A DNA stretch of 64,000 bases. Source: Candidatus Undinarchaeales archaeon. Its GTDB lineage: Archaea; SpSt-1190; JASMDC01. Each line of letters begins with the position of its first letter. Position 1 is the first letter of the stretch. Positions 1-8,856 of this stretch are shown piece by piece. Both the position numbers and the translations under genes were made by a program. Where the stretch lies: contig JASMDC010000004.1 of NCBI GenBank assembly GCA_030753015.1, positions 32,001-96,000 on the forward strand, in the 5' to 3' direction. The notes under the pieces are model-generated. The model searched no databases and had not been told where the DNA came from. It was given only the letters and a program-made list of their open reading frames with translations.

Positions 1-71
1 CACTCAACGATGATGACCAGGCACACGAATACGAAACCGAGCACAACGGCCAGGAAGAGGAAGTCCAGCAT
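1..71 (-). CDS. N-terminus of a membrane/secreted protein, truncated by the window edge
   Basis: The minus strand from ATG at 71 reads MLDFLFLAVVLGFVFVCLVIIVE (hydrophobic). TTTAAATA lies about 25 nt upstream on the minus strand. Confidence 0.65.
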   Translation of the reverse strand, partial: MLDFLFLAVVLGFVFVCLVIIVE

Positions 72-95
72 CGGGGAGAGGGGGGGTCGTTGAAC

Positions 96-2390
96 CTATT
101 TAAACTCTTGGCCCTCGCATCCTATCTCTGCCTTCACGGGGGGGCCGCCCGTGATACGTGTAATGGAGAGTCGACCGTCCGGCTCCGCCTCGACGACGAT
201 CTCCGATATGTCCCGGAGCATGGCCAGACTCTCGGCCGTGCAGATCTTTGCGTCCACTCCGACCACGAGAGTTGAATCGTTGTTCTCGCACAACGACTTC
301 ACGTGGGAAACGAACTTGTAGAGCAGCGTCGTATCCTCCTTCAAGGCCGACGGCGGCAGTTCCAGGACAGTACAAACGGAGCCAACAGGGAAGGACTGGA
401 AGGCACGCCGCAGTTCCCAAGATATAGTGTTGAGCATGGCTCCGATGAGATGACATCCAGGCCCTATCTCCTTTGATGTGTCCATGTTCGGATCAACGGA
501 TAGTAGTTTGAGCCTGCCTTGGGCGAGGGCGTCATCGACAGGATCAAGTCGCTCCATCAAACGCATGAGTATCGTGTGACGCGCCTGCGACACCCATACC
601 GCATGGCGGTGGAGGCCCAGGTTCTTGGTGATGAATGTGGAGTAAAAATGCTCCTTTGCGAAACCGGGATTGTGGATTAAAAGCACGGAGAAATGGGCAG
701 GGATATGCCCTGCTGGTCCATCAATGACCTCGAATCCCCATGGGTGACCGGACGCGAAGAGCGCATTGGTGAATAGGTCCGTGAGACCTGCCGCCTGGAA
801 CACCGGCCGTTCAGCAACAGGTCGGACGGTGAGATCTAGGACATGTTTGATATCGTCTCGGCTCATGATGTTCTTGAGCTTGAAATGGATCTCGGCAAGG
901 GTCCGCCTATAGCGGGCTACGAGCTCGGCGTAGGCTTTCTTTCTCCCCCGGGCCTTGCGCAGCTGCTCCATCGTACCGGCGACATCAACGATGGGCGGGC
1001 CGATCTTTTCCGCTGTCACTGCGTCCTCCCCCCAGATGTCTTTCAGCGTCTGGATGAGGATGCTGCGGAAACCGGCCTCCAGCGGGAGGGCAGGGAATAG
1101 TGCAGTGAACGCCTCCTCCATACCTTGGACGGCTACCTGATCTCTTGGCAGGATGAATCCGGCCACGGCCGGAGGGAGGTTCTCGTTATCGTCGCCGAAC
1201 ACTCGGTACAGCTCTTTCCTGAGCTGCTTATCTGTGTACTTGCGATCTGTATTGGGCGGTGAGAGCGTGGTGAGCAGATCGACCATTCCATTGAAGATGA
1301 GCGAAAGGTCCCCAACGTTGTCGCTGTCCTCGAGGTCGATAGCATGTGCGTCGAAAGTCCTGTCCTGAGCATCGAACGAGAGGTCGCGCAGTGCGGGATT
1401 CTCAGCCTTCACCTCGTTCACGAGCGCTTCCAGTTCCACGGTCCTGATGAACCTTCCAGCAAGGTCACAGATCGCCTCGACCATCGCCTCGCCCGCCGCT
1501 CCCTCCTCCTCTCGATGACGTCCCTTAGTCGATACCCTGGCGAAGGAAGCGTTCAGCATGGCGAGGGCCTGCACCTGAATACCCAGACCTATGATGGAGC
1601 ATAGGAATCCCAAGGACACGAAGATGAATGTCTCACTGAACACGCGGAGTCTGAGATGCGACGACATCATGTACGCCTCGGTCGCGTACACGCCGACGAA
1701 CATAATCATCAGTACGTAGTAGACCATGAGCTCCTGTAGGTTCTTGAATGAGGGGATTCGCTTGAGGAGCTGACCGGTTATCCGACCGCCATACGCTACT
1801 AGAAGGATGAATGAAGCTGTGATCGCTGTAACGAATGGGCCGAGCACGGTGTCCACGTTCAGTGGGGGGGCCCACATGAAGGGGAGGATGGCACTCCCGA
1901 GAGTGATGATGGCGGCTGATGCCAGATAGCGAGTGTTCTTGGAAGCGAAGAGATCGAGCTCTAGCGAGAAGACCGTGCACCACGAGCGGAAGAAGGCCAA
2001 GGCCGTCACCACCATAATGAGGACGAGGAGGAGCCTGATACCAGTGAGTGCAACGGGGACCGTGGCAAGACGTTCCTCGTAAAGGGTACGGGGAACTGCG
2101 AACTCGCTAGCGTTGATGAGCACGAGCCCAAGCACGATGAGCAGGTGACCTAGGGTCATGGCATCCCAAACGCGCGACTTGATTTTATCGTTGATCTCCG
2201 CAACGGCTACAAGGAGCGCATAGAGCGCAAAGATCCAAACGACCAGAACGAGTCCGACGTGCAGGGGATAGTATGCATCGATGGCCAGATCGGTCGCTGC
2301 CGTCCCCTGGACGGGGAGAAGAACGGCCGCCAAGGCCACGAGAGCGAACAAGCCCTCCCTAGTCGATCTTGGCTTCACCACTTCGTTCAC
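96..2390 (-). CDS. Multi-TM membrane protein with C-terminal degenerate KaiC/RAD55-like (RecA-fold) domain
   Basis: 764 aa with about 7-8 hydrophobic helices in the first 280 aa. The C-terminal WGFEVIDGPAGHIPAHFSVLLIHNPGFAKEHF matches the KaiC/RAD55 pattern TG...LD...GG.P....L..G.PG.GK with a degenerate Walker A. Confidence 0.7.
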   Translation of the reverse strand: MNEVVKPRSTREGLFALVALAAVLLPVQGTAATDLAIDAYYPLHVGLVLVVWIFALYALLVAVAEINDKIKSRVWDAMTLGHLLIVLGLVLINASEFAVPRTLYEERLATVPVALTGIRLLLVLIMVVTALAFFRSWCTVFSLELDLFASKNTRYLASAAIITLGSAILPFMWAPPLNVDTVLGPFVTAITASFILLVAYGGRITGQLLKRIPSFKNLQELMVYYVLMIMFVGVYATEAYMMSSHLRLRVFSETFIFVSLGFLCSIIGLGIQVQALAMLNASFARVSTKGRHREEEGAAGEAMVEAICDLAGRFIRTVELEALVNEVKAENPALRDLSFDAQDRTFDAHAIDLEDSDNVGDLSLIFNGMVDLLTTLSPPNTDRKYTDKQLRKELYRVFGDDNENLPPAVAGFILPRDQVAVQGMEEAFTALFPALPLEAGFRSILIQTLKDIWGEDAVTAEKIGPPIVDVAGTMEQLRKARGRKKAYAELVARYRRTLAEIHFKLKNIMSRDDIKHVLDLTVRPVAERPVFQAAGLTDLFTNALFASGHPWGFEVIDGPAGHIPAHFSVLLIHNPGFAKEHFYSTFITKNLGLHRHAVWVSQARHTILMRLMERLDPVDDALAQGRLKLLSVDPNMDTSKEIGPGCHLIGAMLNTISWELRRAFQSFPVGSVCTVLELPPSALKEDTTLLYKFVSHVKSLCENNDSTLVVGVDAKICTAESLAMLRDISEIVVEAEPDGRLSITRITGGPPVKAEIGCEGQEFK

Positions 2391-4569
2391 CTGACAGTGC
2401 GTTGATTATTAAGGTGTCCGCTCCCTGTGCTCGGGCCACCGTTTCGCACATCCCCTCAAGGACCGTGCGAGCGACGCCCGTGAGCGTACGTTCGTTCACG
2501 ACCACCATGAGGAGCGCACGATGTGTCTCACAAACGCCCTTGATGCGATAAAGATCCTTGTATAGGTCCTCATCCTCCTCGTTAAGCGCGGCGATGGGGA
2601 GCTCTACGACCACCATCGTGGCATTGGGAGGATGTTCCCGGAAAAGGTTTGCGAGCGTCGATGCCATGTTGTTGAGCTCGGGGCTCGCCGACACGATGCC
2701 CGGCCCTATATCGCGCTTACCGCTTGTTCGGGGATCGAGCGTGCAGAACACGAGGCGTTTCCCCTCTCGCAGCGCGTCCACGTCTATGCCCCCCTCGGTC
2801 CGCAGCACTCGCCGCAGGGTGCTGGCGCGGGCCGGTGAAAACCAGATCGCGTTCCTCCAAGCCGCGAGGTTCGCACCCAGAAACCGGGAGATGAAGAGCT
2901 CCTTGGCGAATCCCGTACCATGAACGACCAGGATGGAGAACTTGGTATCGATCCGACCCGCCACGTCATCAAGTCCCTCTGAGCCCCAAGTATGGTCTTT
3001 GGAAAAGAATGCATTGGCGAAGAGATCATTGACACCTGCCACCTTGTAGAGCGGGGATGATGAGAGGGGCCCAAGACGTTTGGTGAGCGCTTCCCGGAGT
3101 TGTTCGCGGCCAATGACACGTTCCTGCCTGAGGCATAGGCGAGCATAGCTGCGCAACCACGCTTCCTCCACGTCGCCGATGGGCCACCGGGCCGCGAAGC
3201 CGGTGATGTCCACGATGACAGTACCATCTTCAATGTATTCGACGTACTCCGATCCCCAGGCCTCCGCGAGCTCTTCGGCCACGAGAGATCCGACGAGGTC
3301 GGTCCCGACGATCGAAAGGAGCCGCTCCAGAGCCTCAGTTACGCCTTTGACCACGGCGTCCTCACGGTCCATAAGGAAGCCAGCTATCCCGGGAGGGAGG
3401 TTGTCAAGTTTGTCCGTTACGCCTTTCCGGGCCACCTTTCTGATACGCTCCTTTGTATACCCTTCCTTCGCAAGAGGGGGGATCGCTCCATCGAGAAGGC
3501 TTACAAGACGATGGAAGAACGAGGACAGGTCAGCGAGCGTTCCCTCGTCGCTCAGGTCCAGATCACCAAGAACGACCTGTTGCACCTCTTCATCGATACT
3601 GACCTCTGCAAGAGATGGATGGTCGGGCTTCATCTCATCCAGGAGACGTTCGACGAGCCCCACATCGAGGAAGAGGGAGAGCAGGCGGGAGAGCACCTCT
3701 TCGATCGGGCCTTGAGTAGCGGTCCGACGCATCCCCGAGACGTCCTTGAGCACGACGGCAAGGGTGAACAATCGCAGTGCCCGGGTCTGGAGCACGAAGC
3801 CGATGAGGAGAATGACCGCCCCCGCATAGGAATAGAACGCCGTGTGGGCCAGCATCCGCTGGAGGTCGACATCCTCAAGGGACCAGGCCTCGAGCATTGA
3901 GACGATCACCAGAGCGACGAGCATGACCGCGTACACGGCCATCCAAACGAGGTGTGATTGGGCCGGATTGTCGCGGATGACGAGGAGTGATGTGGCGGTG
4001 AGATAGAGAGCGAAGACGATGATCGCTATCCCTGCAATTGAGGGGAAGAGCATTGTACTGGCAGTGACCTCGATGACTGGATGCCACACGGCCGGGAGCA
4101 CGGTGGCCACCCCGGTCAGAACCAGTGCCACAAGAAGGAAATGGATGGTCCCCGGTGAGAAGGGAGCGGGTCTGATCCGAAGCGCGCGGCACCACTCCAC
4201 AAGGATAAAGAACCCGGAGAGGGCCATGGTGAAGAGGAGCACGGCCTTGCCGCCTACGATGTTCGCCCTCGCAGCGAACAACGAATGAGGTAAGGAAAGG
4301 TAGCTGGCAAGGAGGAGGGCCATACCCAGAACGGACACTACTTGACCGATAGCGAGATATTCCCACGCCCGGGTCCTAAGTCGCAACTTCAGCTCACGAG
4401 CATAGACGAGGACAAGGAAGAATATGAGGGTCCATGCTCCGTTGATGAGCACGGTGGCAGAAATGGGCAGGTCATGGATTGCCAGCCGGTCCACACCAAG
4501 GCCGGGGATCAAGAGGAGAAAAAGGACGATGAGCAGGCCTAGAAGGGCTCTTGTAAGGGCTGTCGCCAT
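2359..4569 (-). CDS. Paralog of the preceding gene: multi-TM protein with degenerate KaiC/RAD55-like domain
   Basis: 736 aa with the same architecture (WGSEGLDDVAGRIDTKFSILVVHGTGFAKELF). Its 3' end overlaps the downstream paralog. Confidence 0.7.
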   Translation of the reverse strand: MATALTRALLGLLIVLFLLLIPGLGVDRLAIHDLPISATVLINGAWTLIFFLVLVYARELKLRLRTRAWEYLAIGQVVSVLGMALLLASYLSLPHSLFAARANIVGGKAVLLFTMALSGFFILVEWCRALRIRPAPFSPGTIHFLLVALVLTGVATVLPAVWHPVIEVTASTMLFPSIAGIAIIVFALYLTATSLLVIRDNPAQSHLVWMAVYAVMLVALVIVSMLEAWSLEDVDLQRMLAHTAFYSYAGAVILLIGFVLQTRALRLFTLAVVLKDVSGMRRTATQGPIEEVLSRLLSLFLDVGLVERLLDEMKPDHPSLAEVSIDEEVQQVVLGDLDLSDEGTLADLSSFFHRLVSLLDGAIPPLAKEGYTKERIRKVARKGVTDKLDNLPPGIAGFLMDREDAVVKGVTEALERLLSIVGTDLVGSLVAEELAEAWGSEYVEYIEDGTVIVDITGFAARWPIGDVEEAWLRSYARLCLRQERVIGREQLREALTKRLGPLSSSPLYKVAGVNDLFANAFFSKDHTWGSEGLDDVAGRIDTKFSILVVHGTGFAKELFISRFLGANLAAWRNAIWFSPARASTLRRVLRTEGGIDVDALREGKRLVFCTLDPRTSGKRDIGPGIVSASPELNNMASTLANLFREHPPNATMVVVELPIAALNEEDEDLYKDLYRIKGVCETHRALLMVVVNERTLTGVARTVLEGMCETVARAQGADTLIINALSGERSGEAKID

Positions 4570-4593
4570 CGCTGCCTAGTACCCCGACCATGC

Positions 4594-4600
4594 TTTAAAT
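4594..4600 (-). promoter_or_regulatory. Archaeal TATA box for the paralog pair
   Basis: TTTAAA island in GC-rich DNA, 25 nt upstream of the ATG at 4569. Confidence 0.55.
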
Positions 4601-4625
4601 GCCTATGGTGGCGCCCGCGGCAGGC

Positions 4626-5633
4626 CTATTCCCCGCGGCCACCCGTAGCCTTGAAGAAACTCCCGAACGCGTCGTTGGACGCTGTGTTATAGACAGGTGC
4701 TGCGGAGAAGGCACCACGACGCATGGTGCCGAAACCATGGTCCACCGAGGTGGGCTTGCGCATCTGGAGCGTAGACATACGCTGAGATGACGCGAAGTTG
4801 CCGGCGATCTTCCCGGGATCGAGCATCTTGATCTTTGCACTCTTGATCAGGCCACTGTTGGCATTGAAGCTCTTGAGGGCATTGGAGAATTTCCCCGGTT
4901 TCCCGCCCTCGCCGGACGTCCAGAACTTCCTACGTTCCTCGGGCGTCACCGACATCACATAGAAGAGGATATCGAGGATCGCGTCCATAGCCACGAGTAC
5001 GAACGTACCGGTGAGCACGAATATCGTGAAGGTCATGGGATCGGTTGTGGCGTTGAATATGGTCGTCTCGACCCAGCGGATGATCCCGTTGAGCACGCCG
5101 CCACGGGCACCGACGAGAGCCATGGCCAGGGCGATATAGGTGCACGTGCGGTCCGAGAGCACTGACGAATAGACGAGGAGCGACATGCACATGTGGAATA
5201 GGATGTAGATAGGGACTATGATCGATATGATGAACTCCAGAGAGAATCCTGCCCGGAGCTCCGCCTCGACGAAGGCCGAAATAAAGTCAAGGAAGATTGT
5301 GATACCACCTTTCAACTGCTCTGTTGCGTACTGGAGCGGTTGGCCTATGGTCGCCTGGATATCCAAGTGCAAGGCGTGCTTCGAGAACATGAAGAGGATA
5401 AAGAGCATGAGCACCATGAAGTAGTAGGTACCGAACCACTTCTCCCCGGCGGAATTCAGTATCAGGAAGAGAAGGAACCCAACGCCCACGATTATCCACA
5501 GGTAGACCTCGTTGGGAACGATGAGCATATAGTAGAGCATGGCAAAGAGGGTTACTATCGGATAATTGGCGAACAGAACAAAGGCTATGAGGGTCCAAGC
5601 GAGCAGCATGAACTTGGGCGTGAACTCCAGCAT
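4626..5633 (-). CDS. Hypothetical polytopic membrane protein with basic, Gly/Ser-rich C-terminal tail
   Basis: About 7-8 TM helices. The likely start is MLEFTPKF (ATG 5633), just downstream of an AT-rich divergent promoter. Confidence 0.7.
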   Translation of the reverse strand: MLEFTPKFMLLAWTLIAFVLFANYPIVTLFAMLYYMLIVPNEVYLWIIVGVGFLLFLILNSAGEKWFGTYYFMVLMLFILFMFSKHALHLDIQATIGQPLQYATEQLKGGITIFLDFISAFVEAELRAGFSLEFIISIIVPIYILFHMCMSLLVYSSVLSDRTCTYIALAMALVGARGGVLNGIIRWVETTIFNATTDPMTFTIFVLTGTFVLVAMDAILDILFYVMSVTPEERRKFWTSGEGGKPGKFSNALKSFNANSGLIKSAKIKMLDPGKIAGNFASSQRMSTLQMRKPTSVDHGFGTMRRGAFSAAPVYNTASNDAFGSFFKATGGRGE

Positions 5634-5702
5634 TTCAAAAACTATATATTTGAGTTGTCCTATAAATAGTTTCTGATTGTCAGTACCTAATGGGGACAAA
5701 CC

Positions 5703-7154
5703 TTGTTTTTCCTAGAGCGACGTCTGCGGTGGAAGGTGGTGGCAGCGATGGCACTCCTTCTCATCATGTCGCCGCTTGCCCTCGCTATCAACTTCGAAGT
5801 CATCGGTTGCGGGAACCATGTTTGCGATGTAGGTGAGGACCCGGCTACCTGCTGCGGGGACTGCAAGTGTCCTGACGAGCAAGCCTGCACACTGCTCGGA
5901 TGTGTCGGGATCGTAGAGATGGACTCGCTTGGGATCGACAAGTTGCTGACCAATGTGTCCTACTCGGAGGGTACAGAACGGGCCATCGGCCAGGCACGTG
6001 GTTTCGCTAGCAACTTCGGCCTTGCCTTGTCCTGTGGTGAGTGCGTAATAGAGGTCCTCGTCCCCGGTAAGGAGCTGGGTGAGGCGTGCGACGAGTGCGC
6101 CGCGGGCATGGACTCCTTCTCCATGGGGTTCTTCTGGGTGTTCGACGTGGAGCGGGAGGAGTTCGTTGCCTACTGCGGGGACTCCCACTGGCAGTGGGGC
6201 GAGTTCATCGTACCCAAGGAGATCGTGATGTTCGGCTTCTTCCTCATGCTGATCGCCGTCATTTTCCACTTCCTGGGCGTCCACGGCCAGATAAAGGAGA
6301 TAGAATCGCTGGAGTACGAGGGCACGCTGGAGAAGATCCGAGGTCAGAGCAAGACCTGGTTCGCCATCATGAAGCCCGTGTACGAGAAGGTCGCGAAGAT
6401 GAAGCGCGAGGGCGGGGGCGACCAGAAGTATCTTATCTATTTCAAGATTACTGTCGCGGCCCTAGGCTTCCTCTCCTTCGTGCTTGCTGGCGCCGTGGCG
6501 TTCTTCCTCGCCTCCTATGCGCTTGGTGATGGTATGGAGTGCGCCCACTTCGGGTTCAAGCTCGCGCTCGGGTTCACATGGGCCTATTTCCTCGTCATGT
6601 CCTTCTCCGAGGCGGTGACGTCCTTCGGTGTGGAGGAGCTCTCGGACGGGGATCTGGACAGCTACGTATCAGGGATGAGCGACACGGACCGAAGTACGTT
6701 GAAGAAGGTCACGAACACCCCCGATGGCGGACCCGAAGGACAGACCACCCTTACCGGCGAGGACAGGTCCGAGAATCGGGCCCTCAAAGATAACCTCAAG
6801 AAATCCATGGGCTGGACGAACATGAAGGGCTCGGGCAACAAGAAGGAGATCGGGTACTTCTACCTGGAGGACTTCATCGGACTCCCCTCCTTCCTGGCCA
6901 AGATGATCATCGATCCCTTCCGTCACCCCATCGGGCGGACCATCATCGTGCTGATGCTCTTCGATATATTCGACCCGATCCGCTGGGAATGGACATACCT
7001 GCTCCAGCTCAACGGCATCGTGTTCGGCGCATACCTCCTCCTCTGCCTTGAGTGGGAGTTCAAGGGCATGCTCGTCACCGGCGCCGCCTATATCGCGGAC
7101 CTGTTCTTCGGTGCCTTCATGAAGCTGGGTGGAAAGCTCTCCGGGCGCTCCTAA
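5703..7154 (+). CDS. Hypothetical membrane protein with signal peptide and Cys-rich ectodomain
   Basis: Signal-like N-terminus, then CGNHVCDVGEDPATCCGDCKCPDEQACTLLGC, then several TM helices. The start is uncertain (TTG 5703 or ATG 5748). Confidence 0.7.
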   Translation: MFFLERRLRWKVVAAMALLLIMSPLALAINFEVIGCGNHVCDVGEDPATCCGDCKCPDEQACTLLGCVGIVEMDSLGIDKLLTNVSYSEGTERAIGQARGFASNFGLALSCGECVIEVLVPGKELGEACDECAAGMDSFSMGFFWVFDVEREEFVAYCGDSHWQWGEFIVPKEIVMFGFFLMLIAVIFHFLGVHGQIKEIESLEYEGTLEKIRGQSKTWFAIMKPVYEKVAKMKREGGGDQKYLIYFKITVAALGFLSFVLAGAVAFFLASYALGDGMECAHFGFKLALGFTWAYFLVMSFSEAVTSFGVEELSDGDLDSYVSGMSDTDRSTLKKVTNTPDGGPEGQTTLTGEDRSENRALKDNLKKSMGWTNMKGSGNKKEIGYFYLEDFIGLPSFLAKMIIDPFRHPIGRTIIVLMLFDIFDPIRWEWTYLLQLNGIVFGAYLLLCLEWEFKGMLVTGAAYIADLFFGAFMKLGGKLSGRS

Positions 7155-7166
7155 AGCGACCGGATT

Positions 7167-7955
7167 TCACCACTCGTTGAGCGCTCCGACAGCAACGCCC
7201 ACGGACCCTTCATCGGGGAACGTGAACCGCGTCCCGAAGAGACGTCCGACACGGTCCAGCACGGAACGCAGCACGGGATTGGCCGCGGGCTTGCCTAGCA
7301 CAACGATGTCGTTCGGGCTGTCAGCGCGATGGGCTGCCTGGGACGCCACGGTGCCGACCACCTCGCCCACGAGGGTATGGATGGCGGCTGCAAGGTCCTC
7401 GGGCGTACGTGAGTCGAGTTTCCCCAGGTTCGCTGCAGTGTCGTCGGGGGTGAGGATACCCACGGCCTTGTACCCCAGGTCGCCGACGGTGAGGTCAACG
7501 CGTGTCGCGTCACCGTTCCGGGCGAGCGCCATGAGCGTGTCCGGGTTCCCCTCATCGAGGATGAGACGCCCGAGACCGACGAGAGTCGCTCCGCCGACGC
7601 CAGTACCACCGAGATGGCGGTACGCATCGCCGTTTGCATGCACAAGAGCTGTTCCCGTCCCCATGCTCATGGCCAAGCAAGTGCTCTTCTCAGCAAGGCG
7701 CTGAGCACCGCGTCCTATCGCGGTCATCTCATCGACGCCCGTCAGGGTGAGTTCCTTGTAGGAGACGCGGGACGCCCGTGCCCCGGTGACGAAGAGGCGG
7801 CGCGGGATGCCGAACCGTTCACGCACCTCGTCCAGTACCCCTGTGGAGGCCTCTGGAGCATCGCTCCCCTGGAGTGTCCGGGAGACCAGGATGTGTCTAC
7901 CTTCGGCGAGGAGCACGTCCGTGCAGCTCCCACCCGCGTCTATCGCGGCGTCCAT
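7167..7955 (-). CDS. coaW: Type II pantothenate kinase-like protein (Fumble/CoaW family, ASKHA fold)
   Basis: Motifs IDAGGS, VDEMTAIGRGA, SMGTGT, GGTGVGGATLVGL, GDATRVDLTVGD and AANLGK. Confidence 0.75.
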   Translation of the reverse strand: MDAAIDAGGSCTDVLLAEGRHILVSRTLQGSDAPEASTGVLDEVRERFGIPRRLFVTGARASRVSYKELTLTGVDEMTAIGRGAQRLAEKSTCLAMSMGTGTALVHANGDAYRHLGGTGVGGATLVGLGRLILDEGNPDTLMALARNGDATRVDLTVGDLGYKAVGILTPDDTAANLGKLDSRTPEDLAAAIHTLVGEVVGTVASQAAHRADSPNDIVVLGKPAANPVLRSVLDRVGRLFGTRFTFPDEGSVGVAVGALNEW

Positions 7956-8025
7956 ACCACCGCCGAGGGGTCACAAAAAGTATATATATGATGCATCCCA
8001 CATATCCCGTTCCGGGGGTAGCGGG

Positions 8026-8844
8026 ACGGACGTAGAAGGTGAGACCCTCTATTGGGAGAAACATGGGCTTGAGCTCGAGACTTACGACGATATAGTCGGA
8101 CGGCTCGAGGAACTCGAAACATCCCACAAGGACCAGATGAACGTCTACACCTTCGGCACTTCCTCGGGCGGTAAGGACCTCTACGGCGTGGACATCTACG
8201 CAGGCACCGGCACCCCCAAGGAGACCGTCTTCATCACTGCGGGCCATCATGGCACCGAGGGAGGTGGGGTCGAGGCCGCCATGGAGTTCATCGAGAACTA
8301 CCTGGAGAGCGATACACCCTTCGCCCAGCAGCTCAAGGAGCGGGTGCGCTTCACGATCGTTCCTTGTGTGAACGTCGACCAGTACGCTCTCGCCCCGGCG
8401 CAGAGGGCGTACAACAATCTTAACGACAGGGACCTAAACTCGCAGTACAACCGCCGGCGCGGCATAGAACCGGAGAGCAAGGCGGTCAAGGAGCTCTACC
8501 TCTCCATCGAGGAGCCGATCAACCTCGCTTTCGACCTGCACGAGACCGAGGGCGAGTGGGTCAAGGGATTCTCGATATTCGAGAACAAGCCCTACCGTCG
8601 CCGCATCCTCAACCATGCTGCCCACGCGGCGGGAAAGGTCTCAAAGCAATACCCACTCCACAGCAACGGTGTCATCCACGACATCAACCCGTCCTGCTTC
8701 GACGGGTTCGCCTGCGGCGAGGGTGCCTACTCCTACACGTTCGAAGCGCCCTTGAGCAAGAAGTTCGCCATAGAAGATCGTGTGGAGATGCAGCTCATCG
8801 CACTGGACGACATCATCACCCTGTACTACAAGGACCGGGTATAG
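8026..8844 (+). CDS. M14 family zinc carboxypeptidase / deacylase
   Basis: Motifs TYDDIVGRL, GTSSGGKDL, AGHHGTE (HxxE), NVD, DLN, DLHE and TFE. The start is ambiguous; there is an in-frame ACG at 8026. Confidence 0.8.
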   Translation, partial: TDVEGETLYWEKHGLELETYDDIVGRLEELETSHKDQMNVYTFGTSSGGKDLYGVDIYAGTGTPKETVFITAGHHGTEGGGVEAAMEFIENYLESDTPFAQQLKERVRFTIVPCVNVDQYALAPAQRAYNNLNDRDLNSQYNRRRGIEPESKAVKELYLSIEEPINLAFDLHETEGEWVKGFSIFENKPYRRRILNHAAHAAGKVSKQYPLHSNGVIHDINPSCFDGFACGEGAYSYTFEAPLSKKFAIEDRVEMQLIALDDIITLYYKDRV

Positions 8845-8856
8845 TCCCTCATCCGC

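Noticed and set aside
96-4569. Rhodopsin or GPCR identity for the 7-8 TM domains
   Set aside because: There is no retinal-binding Lys motif in the last helix and no recognisable GPCR or rhodopsin motif.
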